64,000 bases of DNA from Paramecium tetraurelia (GCA_000165425.1 CT868013.1:186001-250000), one strand, 5' to 3'. Shown: positions 42,930-57,985, counted from the first letter of the stretch. Made by a program: numbers and translations. The notes: generated from the sequence alone by a model not told the origin.

Positions 42930-44046
42930 TCATTTAATCCATTTAACTAGTTTGCCATCCTACCATTATCCTTTCCTACTCTTACCATCCACAGTTATAT
43001 AAGTTCCCTCTCCATTTTATTAACCAAATTGCCACTCCCCTCTATATTCCTTACCATCCACCCAACGATAGACTCCATAACCATGTTTTTGATCATTCAA
43101 ATAATTTCCAATATATTTGCGACCGTCGATCCAACTATATTCGCCTTGTCCATTCATCATTCCATTTTTCCATTATCCAATATAGCCTCTTCCATCAATC
43201 CAATGATAAACTCCCTATCCATGTATTTTATTATTCAACCATTCTCCTTCATAATAACTGTTATCACTCCAGACATATTTGCCCTTTCCACATTTCATAC
43301 CTTTAACATATTGACCTTCATAAAATGATCCGTCAGCCCATTTCTCTTTTCCAAATCCATGCTACAAATCATCTTCCCATTCTCCTTCATAATAGGCTCC
43401 ACTAGGTGATTTCAATATCCCATATCCACATGCTTTGTTATTCCTCCAATGTCCATCATATTCTATTTTATCTGCATGACGAAATATGCCTTTGCCATTC
43501 GCTTTGTTATGTTACCATTCCCCTTCATAAGTGGCTCCATCTGGCCACTTCTAAATTCCTTACCCATGTCTCTCATTTCCTAACCATTGTCCATTATATA
43601 ATTTAAGTAATCTAGGGAATCAACTATTTAATACTTCTACGATTTTGACTCATTTCCCAATCTGTCAAAATAACTGCCTGTTGATTTGCTAACCTGACTG
43701 CTAACACTTGTTTGACTCTTTATCATTGAATAGACTTCTTTTCTCACTTTATATCCTCTCCAATGAGATTATATTTTAACTATTGCTTTTGTCTTCTTTT
43801 ACTTGTCTTCTACCATATCAACTACGCTCTTTGTAATCGGTTTTTACATCAAATCACTCTTGCTACCCATCTAAACTGTATTCTGTTAAACATTATTTTT
43901 TGAACTGCGTTTACTAGAAGATTCAATTGGTTTCTCCGATAAAATTTGTTACTGCTCACTTTTCTAAAATAGACACTTATAATTACGACAATTTCTAGAT
44001 CCCTTTTATAGCAGCCAGTGCATTGTCCTCCACAATTATTTCCCAT
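42930..44046 (-). CDS. MORN-repeat protein with IQ motif and N-terminal acylation motif
   Basis: MGNNCGGQC; VKIQSHWRGYKVRK; many YxGxWxxxxxxGxG repeats. Confidence 0.92.
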
Positions 44047-44177
44047 TTTTATAATTATTAATAACTGTATAATTCGTATTTCGCTTTTTTGAGATAAAAC
44101 TAAATATATGAATAATGAGAGAACCCATAATTATTAATTATTCATTTTTTCTTACCAATATACAAAAACTCATTACT

Positions 44178-44290
44178 CTTTGTATGATGAAAATATTCGT
44201 TATCGGCCTTAGAGCATGCTGTTGTTACTCACATACGAACCCGTGAGTAAGCCTGTGTGTTCTGTGATTACATTAACCAATCTGAAATTT
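44178..44290 (+). ncRNA. candidate box C/D snoRNA with antisense to SSU rRNA
   Basis: ATGATGA 44184-90; CTGA 44282-85; internal hairpin with G-U pairs; TTCGTTATCGG and ATTAACCA complementary to the conserved 18S segment TGGTTAATTCCGATAACGAA (rRNA sequence recalled). Confidence 0.65.
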
Positions 44291-44494
44291 ATATTTAATA
44301 GTCCAAAAGGATTGTTTTTTATTTATTTTCTAATGCAACGATTAAATCCATTATTAGATTTATAATACCTAAAATTTAATAATATATTTAAGTAACTAAA
44401 CATTCATTCATAATCAATGATTTTTAATGAGTTTTGAATAAAATAACATAAGTTAAAATTAACCAAATATACAATTTAGTGATTTACTTTTAAA

Positions 44495-44535
44495 AGAACT
44501 ATAATTTACTATTTTATAAGAACTATAATTTACTG
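44495..44535 (+). repeat. short direct repeat (17 bp x2)
   Basis: aagaactataatttact repeated with a 7-nt spacer. Confidence 0.85.
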
Positions 44536-45402
44536 AAATTTTTAATCATTATGTCAATAAAACTTATTGGAAAGATAATACAATAAATGCGGGTGGCTAT
44601 AAAACGATTGTGAGCTCTATCTATATAGTCTCCCTCATTTTTATAATTATTTACCCTTCTATAAAAATCTAGCATATAGTTATGATTTAAAGAAATTCGA
44701 ATAAATTATTAAATATAATTAAATAGATTTCTTAATCATATATAGCTTTAAGCAAACCAAATTAATTTATGTAAGATATAACTAAATTTGTTTTTAACAA
44801 TATTTAAATCAAGAGACATTTCATTATTATTCTGCAGATTTTTAGGACCTGATGCTTATCTTGTAGTTAGGAATTAAATTAATTGTTTTTCTAAATTTAT
44901 TATATATTGTTTGATTTTGTCATGGCAATTTGTTTTTAAATTAAGAGCAATTTAATTTTAAGATAATTCATAAAATGGTAAAATAAAATATTCAAATAAT
45001 TTTATGAAAAAAGAAATTTTTTAGAAAAAAATTAGATTTATAAGAAATTATAAGAATGTCTTTTCTTATAGCTACACCCTACTTTTTAACATTGAGATTT
45101 TAGTGGATATTTTACTTAATAAATATTTAAATATAAGTTAAGATTGTATTATTTTTATTAAGATTACTTTTATTAAATTGGCAAAATGAATTTAAGATAC
45201 AGTAAATTTAATGAATTAGTTTGGATAAATGAAATAATAAAATATTTATTTTAAAAATTATTAAATCATTTTAAAGTTGATGAATGACCTTAAGATAAAT
45301 TTTTATTGGAAAATTGTAAATAATGTGTTTAAACGATAAAAATTATAAGGATTACGATTAATAAAAGGATGATTTATTTGATGTAGCTAGATTCAATAAA
45401 TA

Positions 45403-45914
45403 ATGTAATACGTTCCTTTGACTACACATCTAAATGCTTTAGCTCAATTATATTTGCAATGTGCGAGTTTATCTGAGAGATGTGATAAATTGGCAAGGGG
45501 AGAGGAAATAATGAATGAAGAAAAATAAATCCCAAATCATAATGATCAAGGGAGAATAGAAATGGGTTATGATCCACTGTCAACTTTTGAAGGCAATAAA
45601 TAAAGACAAATAGATTCAAGATCAAACACACCTATAGAGATAAAGTATTTTGATAATGATAAGATAGCATAGTTGATGAAGAAGAGGAGAGGATAGAAAA
45701 AAAAGATGATAATCCAATTTCTCATTAAACAAAAAAGATAAAAAGAGTTTAAATTTAAGGAGTAGACAAATAATAATAAATATAGTGCTCATAATGTAAA
45801 TAAATATTTAAGAATCATAAATAAATGAAGAAGCATTTTGAAAGATCTCATAATACTAAATCTACAAAGAAAGGGAATAAGAAATTATCACAAGAATTCA
45901 TGGTCTAACTTTGA
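45403..45914 (+). CDS. C2H2 zinc-finger protein
   Basis: MQYVPLTTHL...; a 23-nt intron restores frame; CSQCKQIFKNHKQMKKHFERSH. Confidence 0.75.
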
Positions 45915-46135
45915 TATATTAATAAATAAGGTTATTTATATGTATGATATGGTAAAATACTCTATGTATTTGTATCAGTTTTATCTTTATATTCTGAAAA
46001 TGCTCCCTCATTGGAGAACGAAATTCATAAAGATATTCACTGTAGTTCAAGGGATGTATATAAAAAAGAAAAAAACTCAAATTTGTAAAACCGTATATAA
46101 AATAGATAACTGATAATATAATTTAAATAATTGAT

Positions 46136-47104
46136 ATGAAAAAGTATAAAAAATAAAGTAGTTTTTAGGATAAACAATAAAATAAGTTCTGTATTAATGC
46201 AGCAGCACTATAGGATCATTTAAGTAGATAACTCTTCAAATTGCCTAAAATTAATTCAAAATAATTATCATTAGCTTAAAAATTGGGATTAGTACCATCA
46301 CCTCCAAAACCTCTAAACTAAGAGGAATGGGCATAGATTGAGGAACAGTCTCTTAAAAGGGAAGATATTTAAAATTGTGTATGTCCAATTTGCTTAGAGA
46401 AATTCAGAATGCAATAACATGTAATTTTGAGTTGTAGTCACATCTATCATAAAACCTGTTTGGAAAGTTTTGAGAGGGTCTCATAAACAAAACAATGTCC
46501 TATTTGTAGAAGATAGGATTATGAGAAGAAGCAATTTATGGTGGCTAACAAACAATATAAGATTTAATCAATAATTAAAATATAAGCATTATTTCGGTAG
46601 TTTAGATGCAGAAAATAGTTTTATGAGAGGATGATAAAAATGTAATACAAACCAGAAAACAGTTTATTGAAGAGGAAATTGCTATTTTATAAATTATCTA
46701 GAATATCATCAAGAATGTCAAAGACTATTTAATAATAGGGTAATTAAGCACAATAAGCAATAAATCAGTTGGGTGAAAATATTCAAATAAAGTAGGAGCA
46801 GATGGAAAACAATTTAAACAAGATTTATCAAATGAAGCACAATAACGAGTAGATGGCTAAATTGTAACCAATAATAAAGGTGGATTGGATTAGCATAAAG
46901 AAAGTGGCTCTAGAAAGGAGAGAAGTTGATTGCACAATATGTTTATAGAGTATGGTGAATGCCAAGGTGTTTCTACTGAGTTGTTCACATATGTTTCATG
47001 CTAATTGTTTGAATTCTTTCGAAAGATATTCAATGACTTAGGTTAACAATTGTCCAATCTGCAGATAGACTTATCAAAAATCTCACTTTTAGTTATAATA
47101 ATGA
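46136..47104 (+). CDS. RNF32: RING-IQ-RING protein (RNF32-like)
   Basis: 969-nt frame; CPIC...LSCSHIYHKTCLESFE...CPICR; IKIQALFRQFRCRK; CTIC...LSCSHMFHANCLNSFE...CPICR. Confidence 0.88.
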
Positions 47105-47199
47105 TTCATATAATATACAATTGATAGTTCTCAGCATTTATAAATATAGGATTGTATGCAATTAAACGAATTATTAATTAATATAATTTTAATAATTAT

Positions 47200-48541
<1,342 letters not shown>

Positions 48542-48545
48542 TAAA

Positions 48546-49229
48546 TCATATTTATCTTCTAAAATATTCCTGAAGGATGGATTCAAAGCTACTGTTCTCA
48601 TTATTTTACATTTAATTTAAGGGAAGTATTTTCTAGAGTTGTAATCTAGGTTTCATTTGAGAATCAACATTATGCATTTCATCGTGTATTTTCCTATTTT
48701 TTTATTCTATAGAAATATGGGATATAAAATTTTAGACCTCCAAATATTTAGATCTCTTTTCTAAAAGTTGACTTAACTCACTCTATCGATCATTCTATAA
48801 GACTTGACTATTAGAGCTCTATGATCTATATTTACTTTTTAGCTTCTTCTATCTATCTTCAAAATTAATTTCAGGTATCTCACAAATAAATAAAATACTT
48901 ACAGCACTTGTCTAGTAATGTGCCAATTCATCATTCAATCGTCTTATCGAACTTATCTGATTCTCTTCGATAGGGACATCCTTAATGCTTCGAATATAAT
49001 GATATTCAATAGGCCTGACCGAAGTCAAACATTCTGGACAATAGAATTATTTATTATCATAAAATTGATATGGAAGCTGATGCTTTTCACACATTCTCCA
49101 TGTCTCTATCAGAGCATCTACTTCATTTTCTAAATATCTATATTATTAGATTGGAAGTTAAAGAATATTTCGTATGATACCCCTTTCATTCTCTGTGAAA
49201 CTAATACTAAAATAACTTGTAGTTGCCAT
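48546..49229 (-). CDS. hypothetical protein with B-box-like Cys/His motif
   Basis: MCEKHQLPYQFYDNKQFYCPEC...H followed by coiled coil; TGA at 48546-48548. Confidence 0.6.
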
Positions 49230-49567
49230 TAAATAATTTATATAATGAATTTATTTATTCATATAAAGATATCTTTTATATTTTTCTCTTCTCTTAAACA
49301 ATCCAGATGACATTTCTCAATGCTTATAATTATTTTCTCGCTTCTCTAATTAACATGAATAATAGTGTGACATTTAAATCCTTAGAAAAATCACATTATT
49401 GACCTTTATTGAGCTTTAAATTCAAAACTACATAAGCAAAACAAAGAACATCTAATCCTTAAAACATTTATATGATTTTATTTGATCAAATACACTTATA
49501 GTGTAATTAAATATTTATTCAGTTAATGTATTACACAAAATAAGACAAATCATAAGAGAAGGTTTTA

Positions 49568-49960
49568 TCATTCTAGTTGATCAAAGAAGCTGTCAAGATC
49601 ATCTTCTTGATTGTCCACGAAATTCTTTATCATAGGATTTTCAGGCCTTTCGATATCTGTAAAATGAGATTCGTAAGATTAGGTTGACGAAACACTCGAG
49701 GAATCTGTTCTTGAATGTTGCAATATGCGAACTAGGGGTTTTGGGTAAGTAATTGTGTGAGTGTTCATTCTATACTAATATCTTAAAAAAAATATTAAAA
49801 ATTCATTTTTCCAACACCAGGTATTTATAATCAATTTTAATAAATAAAAAAACTTACAATCAGGAAATCTCAGCATTTCATTAAAATGAAACTTCTAAAT
49901 CCTGAAATACTTCTAATCCTAAAGCCAACAAGACACATCTACTAAAATTAATTCATTCAT
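49568..49960 (-). CDS. small hypothetical protein
   Basis: MNELILVDVSCWLQDQKYFRI... with short introns; ...RPENPMIKNF... Confidence 0.45.
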
Positions 49961-50336
49961 TTGAAATATGAATTTAAATTTGAGTTAAAATTCAGTTAAT
50001 CATTATTTCTTTATTGAGATCTAAACTAAAATTCAAAATATAAACCAATCTTTTTATTCGTTATTTATATCCTACTAATTATATATGCATAAATTTTGAA
50101 TTGAGAATCTTCAAAAATCTTGAAATACTAATAACTAACTTATATTATTAGATATAGAATGCGAATATATCTTAATAATTTTAGCTCGTTCCATTCCTCA
50201 AAAATGTCTAAAGAGTGTGAAAAGACTGATATCAAAATTGAATTTGCAATGACAGTTTATTCATTTGATTGTGAAGTATTCGAATAAATATGAATAATGT
50301 TATATTAAATTAGAAAAACGTAATTATTTAATACTA

Positions 50337-51815
50337 ATGAGTTCTAAAATCAAGAATGTCTATTTAATATTGCGTCTGCGTTTGGAAGAACTCAGAGTTG
50401 TGACAATAAAGACTTTTTAGATTGGAATTAACATTTTACTTTTTGCATCTCTTCGAGGTGATTAAAAAGCAAAAAATCAAAATTCACTTTAACAATATGG
50501 TCTTACTTCTCAAAAATAGTTACAATAAGCATAATAAATCTCATCTTCGCTTTACAATCACAACTTTGGCAATTTCTATCCTGAAGTAAGTAAGTTTGAA
50601 CTAATTTGTAGTTTATCAGGGCATCGATAACTTTATATTTAGTAGGATTGGTGATTAATTTACTTCATACTGAAATATTGAATGTAATTAATAGGAAATT
50701 TGTGTTGTAAAAATGTATTGGAACCATAGTTATAGTCTTCCTCCATATTTTAGATTTAATGATCATCAATGATTTCCTAATATTGAACTCAGAATACAGT
50801 AATCTAACTTAGGCAGTCTCAGATATATATGTGGATTCTGTAAGAAAACAGAAGGATATGATTTAATTGTTTGAAGCAGTCGTCAGATAACTGGTTAACA
50901 TAAATAGGTAAAACAATTTTATCAATTTCCAGATTTCTTTCAGTGTTTTTTTAGGCATCTGCTCTTTGGGGAGATGGAATCAGAAAATTGATTAAAAATA
51001 AAAGGAAGACTTGGGGAACAACCGATTCATAATTATAATCACCTTAACCTTAAGAGAAACCTTAATAAAATCATGTAGCCCCAGTAAGTACTGTGAACAA
51101 TAAGATGAAGGGTCAGAAGAAGGATGTTGTTCAGCATTCTGGAAAAAAGAAGAAAACACAATAACAATAATCAATTGAAAAATCAACTGAAGAAAGAGGT
51201 CAATCTATAGAAAAGAAGAAAAAAAGGATTTTGGATAAAAAGCCATCAAAATTGTCACCAAAATAATATGAATAACAAATAGAAGCCAAAATAGATGAAT
51301 CATAATAATTAGCACTTTCTAAATAGGTATCATAAATACAAAAAGATGAATAAAATAATTCAACTTAGGCTGGTTCCAATGGGAATAAATCCTTGTTTGA
51401 ACATAAGATTAAGTCAAACAGAAGTGAATCACTCCCAAATAAACTTTGCTCTTAGATTGAAATATCCTAAAGGTATTTGAGATATTCTTCCTAAAACTAA
51501 AAGAAACCTGTAGAATAAAAGAAATAGATGAGGCCCATTTATGATAAACTGTATAAATTCAACTTATAAACTAATGTTGACAAATATGAAATTAAAGTAC
51601 ATAGTATAACTGAAATGAATAATTCAATTAATAAAATTGCATAAGAGAATTCATGGAATTCATTCTTAACAATTAATGTAAAATTAAATTATTGGAAAGA
51701 AGCATATCAACAAATGCAAACTTAAGAAATTAAAGAGGAATTGTAAAAAGTAATAGCATAATATGCATTATATTTAATGAATTAACATGCTTAAAATTAA
51801 GAAATAGTAGAATGA
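50337..51815 (+). CDS. hypothetical multi-pass membrane protein
   Basis: MSSKIKNVYLILRLRLEEL; three to four hydrophobic segments at 50.5-50.8 kb, then low-complexity C-terminus. Confidence 0.7.
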
Positions 51816-52510
51816 AAATATTATTTATATTTGAATGATTATTTCAATTTATTCAATATTTTATTCTTATTCTATTTGCATTTCGATTCTATTATTAATT
51901 TATCAAAAAAATTGATTATTAATAAATTTAATCTATATTAAACTAAATGAATAGGAATGCTAACAAGTTGAAATATTTTAATAAATTAATCATTTTGAAC
52001 TACTTAATTATTCTATAAAGTCTTCAAATCTAAATAATTTATTCTTATATATACAATCAAAAGTATCAATTTGATATATTTCTTTATTTCATCTTTTTTA
52101 GATATTTTGAAAATTAATTAGAGAATTTAATAGATAAATCTTTTATATAATTTTGTGATTTAAATGAGTTAAATAGCATATTATATAAATTTCATTATTT
52201 TTATTTTTAAATAACCTTTAGTTTTAAATTAGCTTAACAATTAAATTAAGTTTAATTCTATTGAATTATAAGATGCTATCTAAAAATCATTTTATGATAT
52301 TACATTTACTTTAAAATGTTTTCCATTCACATTAACCAAATATTAAATAAATACAATTTGTCACCTAATTTAGTTTATTCTATAAAATCTAGTTTATAAA
52401 AGAGACAGCACTATGAGAGTGTTTAATATTGGAAAATTATAATTGTTTTTAAAACTATATACTTTGATAAGCTTTTCTAAAATTTAATAAATATATTAAT
52501 ATACATATAA

Positions 52511-53052
52511 ATGGGTGATTTAACTATTTTAAAAAGAAAATTTGAAAGTTTGAGTATCGTTGATGAAGAGGCACCATCAATTTAAAAAAAGAATTTCATT
52601 CAAGATGGAGACTTATACATTTTGGGCAAAAAAATCTCATCAATTAATTTGGTTACACCTCTACAGCATATCATAAATAAGCCAGATATAGTTTCAACTT
52701 GTTTGGCATTGAGGACAAAAGATAAATACAATCCTTTCCTGTATATTGATAGACCTATTAAAAAAGCTAATGATGAATAATAATGACATATATAAAAATA
52801 ATTATAAACTTAATAAATAACTACTTATGACAAAAGGAGGCTAAATTTAATAGTTTATTCAAGGATCAGGAATGCCAAATGTTAAGTGAGTATATGAATT
52901 ATTTTAAAGTAAGTTTGAAAATTTAATAAAGAGGCAAAAGATTGAGAATTTAGGAATTTATGAATAATACGAAATCTGTCAAAAAAATCATCAACCTATA
53001 ACTCACATATTAAGACTTGGAATACTATAAATAGGAAAAAAGGGATTTATGA
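52511..53052 (+). CDS. hypothetical protein
   Basis: MGDLTILKRKFESLSIVDEE... open frame; 3' end approximate. Confidence 0.5.
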
Positions 53053-53698
53053 TTTTAAAATAAACACATAATCTTTAGCAAAATTAAACTCTTTTTCTAA
53101 TATATTGATTAATAGAAAATGAATAAGGATTTAAAAATTAATAAATTGATATATTGGAAGTGGAAACTTTAACACAAATTTAACGAGGATTCGAAGAAAC
53201 AATAATTTTATTAAGAATATATAAAAATATATAAAAATATTCATTTGCAATAATGATTACTAATATAATTAAGCTTTACGAACACAATTTATTATAAAAC
53301 AATATGTGTAATTAATACAATATTCTTCAAATAAATATGAATTGAAAAATTATCTTTAAAATCACTAGAGACATTGAAATGATCTATTATTATTTCAGCT
53401 CTATAGATATAAGAATTCTAATATGTATAGGTAAAATACTTATGAGATATAAATAAGAGAAAAAAATGATATAGAGCTGATTTTATATTGATTAAGTTTA
53501 TGTAATTTAATTCTAATCAATTAGAGTAATCATGGAATTTAAAAATTATATCTCAATTTATTGATATCTCTAAACAATGTTCAATTTTAAATATATGAGG
53601 TTTGTCTCTATTTGATAATAATCAACAAATTTTTAATCAATTAAAATTGGTATAATCTTTGTGTGCCCAAATAATGAATAATTTAATAATAATAGTGA

Positions 53699-54733
53699 TC
53701 AATCTTATTGTTTTTGAGGGATTTCAGGAGGGAAGTTTTTGATTTTGGTTATCCTGGAAGATCTGGTTATTCTATTTATACTTATGATTTATAATTACAT
53801 TTAATATATTTTAATTGAAATGAATCCAATCATCTAATGTTTTTAATTCATGAAATCCAGGTAGTGTATATTCAGGTGGTGTTGGATCTATTTTTCTTGG
53901 TTCACCTTTTCTTAAATTATATTAATATTTAGGATTAATGACAGTTGATTAAGTAATTCTAACAATTTAGGCTTTTAATAAATGTTTTTCTTTCCAAAGA
54001 AATAAGGATTATTAAGACATCAGCTTCTAGATTACCTGTAAACATATATGTAATTTGTTATGAAATATTGATTTATTATAGTGTAATCAATGGTAATTCA
54101 ACCAAATCCTTATCATTTCAGATGTCTGTGCGTGCCCAATAAGATTTAGTATTAATTCCACATCCTCTAGGTTTAACATCAGGTAGTAATTCTCCATCTC
54201 AACTGGACTATAAGCTAATCCTTCAGCAATATGATAATCGTTTTATCTACCCATGATTTTACCCCAAAAAATCTTAGTTTAAATACTGATTTAATAACAG
54301 ATAATAACTAATAATAATTAATAAAGAATTACTGTTAATGCTTTTAATATTTTATAATTTTCATGAATTCCAATACCTGCCCATTCATATAAATAAGATT
54401 CTTCAATTAAATTAGGTAAATATCCAGTTGAATTAGTTTCTTAAGGTTCTTCATCAGTTCCAAGATTTATTTTATTTACAATTGTCAATGTTGTTTATTG
54501 TCTATTTGAATCCTTATATACTTTTGATCTATAAAATTCATTGTATTTTTCAAATTTATATCCATTTGATTTAACTTAAATGGAGTAATCTTCAAATAAT
54601 TCAACAGCATTCTATTATTCAATATTTATTAATATGTTTGGATTATCCAATAAGATTTTACTGAATACAATATTCAAATGAACATATAAATTTCTATCCT
54701 ATTTCTTTTTTCTTACTGTTTCTCTTTTAGCAT
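53699..54733 (-). pseudogene. radial spoke head protein RSPH4/6-like pseudogene (N-terminal part plus putative C-terminal tip)
   Basis: LYEWAGIGI, RF/WGKIMGRQNDYHIAEG, FTGNLEADV, EKHLLKAQIVRIT, WIHFNQNIL; in-frame TGA (DI*ND) and several 1-2 nt frameshifts. Confidence 0.85.
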
Positions 54734-54809
54734 TTATACAACAATTAATATATATTAATATGGTATATATTAAAATTAAACTATCGAAATTGCAAAGAAC
54801 AAGTTGTTG

Positions 54810-56560
54810 TCAAATTGAATATTTACAAAATATATATTTTAATACAAAGCTTATCTATCAAATTCTTCTACAACAAGATATAATTTTTGAATATATTTTT
54901 TGTAATAGTCTTTTTAAATATCTAAAGAATCCGATAAAAGACAATGTTAACACAATGTCTAGCAATTCGATAATAAAGGTCTTCTTAAGAACTCCTTCTC
55001 CATACTATAATGGCTAAATGCAAGCTACATCTCCATTTTTCAATAAGAATAGGATTACATTATTATTGATTTAATTTTTTTAGATATGAAAATCTATAGC
55101 TTAGACTCCATATTTAAAGTATGGCATTCTTAATTTCATCGTATCAGTTTTGTTTGACTTATTTTCTAGACTTTACATATCAACTAAATGCATTTTGAAT
55201 TTGGATTAGGAACTTTCTGATAACTAAATGGAATTAATATGAGTAATAGTACTATATAAATGAGTTGATCTTGCTGGTCAAAGATGATTTTCTTAAATAT
55301 CTCTCTTTCTTATTCAAAAATGTTCAATTTAATTTTTTTTGGATTCCATTAATCAAATTACTTGGCAAACATGAAAGGTTTTATTTTTAAAAAGTAGAGG
55401 TATTTTTTACCGAAGGATACTATCATTACATTGTGGTCTGGATTGTAATCATAAAGTAGTTCAATTTACTAGATTTATTCAAGACTTATCATTTCATCTG
55501 TAATGTCTATGTTTAAGAATACATTTTTATATTCATTTAAAGCCATTCCAATGATTTTATATTTATCATTAGTAACTCTAAAGGTAATTAAAAAATATAC
55601 TCTAAATAAAATACACCAATTGTGCTGTCATTTAGAAAAAATAATTTCATAACTTAAAAGTAGAGTACGTGTGTTATTTGGAATGATTGAATTTTGCTTA
55701 TCTTCTATGAATTGGCTACACTTAAATAAGAGTAAATTAATTACAATCATAGAAATGAATTTCTCTATCATTTTAATAATTAAAGATAATATTTTGATTT
55801 TTGGTTGCAATATTCTTAATTAAATGCTTAGTAGTATGTATGATTTCTAATTCATTATCCCTTAATAGAGCAATTTCTGATTCATTATTTTGATAGTCAT
55901 AGAGAACAAAGAGTATATAATTCGATTCTTCAACGAAGGTTGTTACTATTTTGTTTTTCAAATTTAATTATAATTCTTCGTTCCAAAAATTGTTTAATGT
56001 GATTGCTTGTGATAAATCAAAAAAGTTGGTCCCATAATCAGAGTAGATGGAAATATCTAACAATGTTAACATAAGATTCATACCAACTTGTGCCATCTCA
56101 GTATTAATAGTATTCTTAATATTTAATAGATAAATGGAATCAATAGAATTGTTCATTTTATTCCTTAAAAATATTGATTCGGATATGAGGTTGAATGATT
56201 ATCGATATTGATTATTCATTTATTGCAAAGTATAATCCTCTTCTTCATTTATTTGATAATTGATTTTTTTATAAATCTGTTCAATAGTACTTTACATATT
56301 GTTTTGTAGGGTGAGAACTAATGAGTTGCTCTGTTCAGTAACTTCATTTAATTCTAGAATCATTTTATTATTTGTTTGGTCTTTCATTAATTATAACATA
56401 TACCGACTCTTTTGATGAAGACTATTTCAGTTTCTATAACAGTATAATCATAGAATAAGTTGTCTAGTATTTGCGAAAATAAAAACAAGAAACCAATGAT
56501 GACACAAAACACCACAGTATATTTAACACTTATGGTTCTTATTGATGGTTCTGAATTCAT
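54810..56560 (-). CDS. hypothetical membrane protein
   Basis: MNSEPSIRTISVKYTVVFCVIIGFLFLFSQIL (TM) followed by long open stretches; exon structure and end uncertain, may be partly degenerate. Confidence 0.5.
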
Positions 56561-56594
56561 AATATTTTTAATTTTTATTAATATACTTTGATAA

Positions 56595-57939
56595 TCATTA
56601 ATCATTTAGATGAGTCTTAATTCTTCTGGTTGATTTAAGTTCCTTGTCAATGAAGTCATAATACAAACCAAAGGGTTTCTGTAGACTTTTCCCAAAAATA
56701 ATCAAACTTTGCATAGCATCATCAAAGCTTTCAGTGTACATGTAGGTAGGTTACACAGTTTGAATAGGATAGCTACGATCAGCATGAATAAAAGGATCGA
56801 ATTTTTCATATTTTGCCTTAGGGAAATGCTAGTTATTAATAGAAATTAAGAATTACATCGCACTCTCCAATTGAACTTGCAATTCCTGCTCCATATCCTT
56901 TGATAAATCCATTCTCCTTATAAGCACCAAATTCAAGAGTAAACCAATATAAAGTGCCCAGTCTACTGAGATCTTATTTCTTTGCACCACAAGATAAGAT
57001 GCCTAATTCTTATGAAAGATCTGCCACTTCTTTATCAGCGAACAGTGGTACATGACCAACAAGTTCATGGACGATATCAGGTTCAGGTGTATACTCTGGA
57101 GTTGAATGATGTCTTATATATTATGTGCAACAAAACACTCTATGTCCAAGAGCATTTAAGAATTCTCTTTAACTAAGTATTCCATGAGTGGCTTTGATTC
57201 TAAATCCAGTTTCGGCTCTTAAGTATGCATCAATGTCTCTTAATTAAGGAATTTTGTATTTGAATCCAAGAGCATTTTCAATTTTCACAAAATTATTCAA
57301 ATATCTTTAAGACATCACTAAATTAACCTTTTCTCTTAATATTGTGTAGATTTTCTTCCATGTTTATTCCTCTTACTCTGTATAATTGATATAAGGGACT
57401 GGTTCTCCAACCAGATGAGCTTATGAGAGTTTTGCAATTTCTTCTCTTCTCTTTCTGTATTCAATATCCTTGAATTATGGATGATCTTAATTATTTTCTT
57501 CATTGACTTCCATAATTGTACCAACTAAATGTCTAAAACTGCAAATTACTTGTTTTTAGATCTTCATCTGTTCTTGGATACCATGGGACTGAAGGTACAG
57601 ACATATCATTATTTATCAGAACTTAATCATATCTCTATTGCAAATCGTATATCAATTCATTATACTTTTTATCTTCAACCTTTTCAAATGTCAATTTTAC
57701 TACAATATTCTACCCCCTAGTATATATAAATGTAGTTAATACTTGTGTGTTCTGCTTAATTTAAGAGGCTCAATATCTGTTAAATTAATTTTGTGATTTG
57801 AAAATGATTTTAGAATGTTTCTCAAACTACCCCAATAATCTCTAGTGATTATTTCCACGTCCTAGAGGTTTTCATAACTAAAGTTTTTTTTGATGTATGA
57901 GAAACGAGATAGAGATTTGAAAATTGAATTCAAATACAT
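56595..57939 (-). CDS. biopterin-dependent aromatic amino acid hydroxylase (phenylalanine hydroxylase-like)
   Basis: [63 protein letters not shown]. Confidence 0.95.
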
Positions 57940-57985
57940 TTTAACTATTTTATTTTATTAACTTTAAATTATTTTAGTCACTAAT

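Noticed and set aside
44225..44275. Telomerase RNA or single-hairpin H/ACA interpretation of the 44.2-kb hairpin
   Set aside because: No CAACCCCAA template or UGUCA motif; an ACA follows the stem, but box C/D plus rRNA antisense explain the locus better
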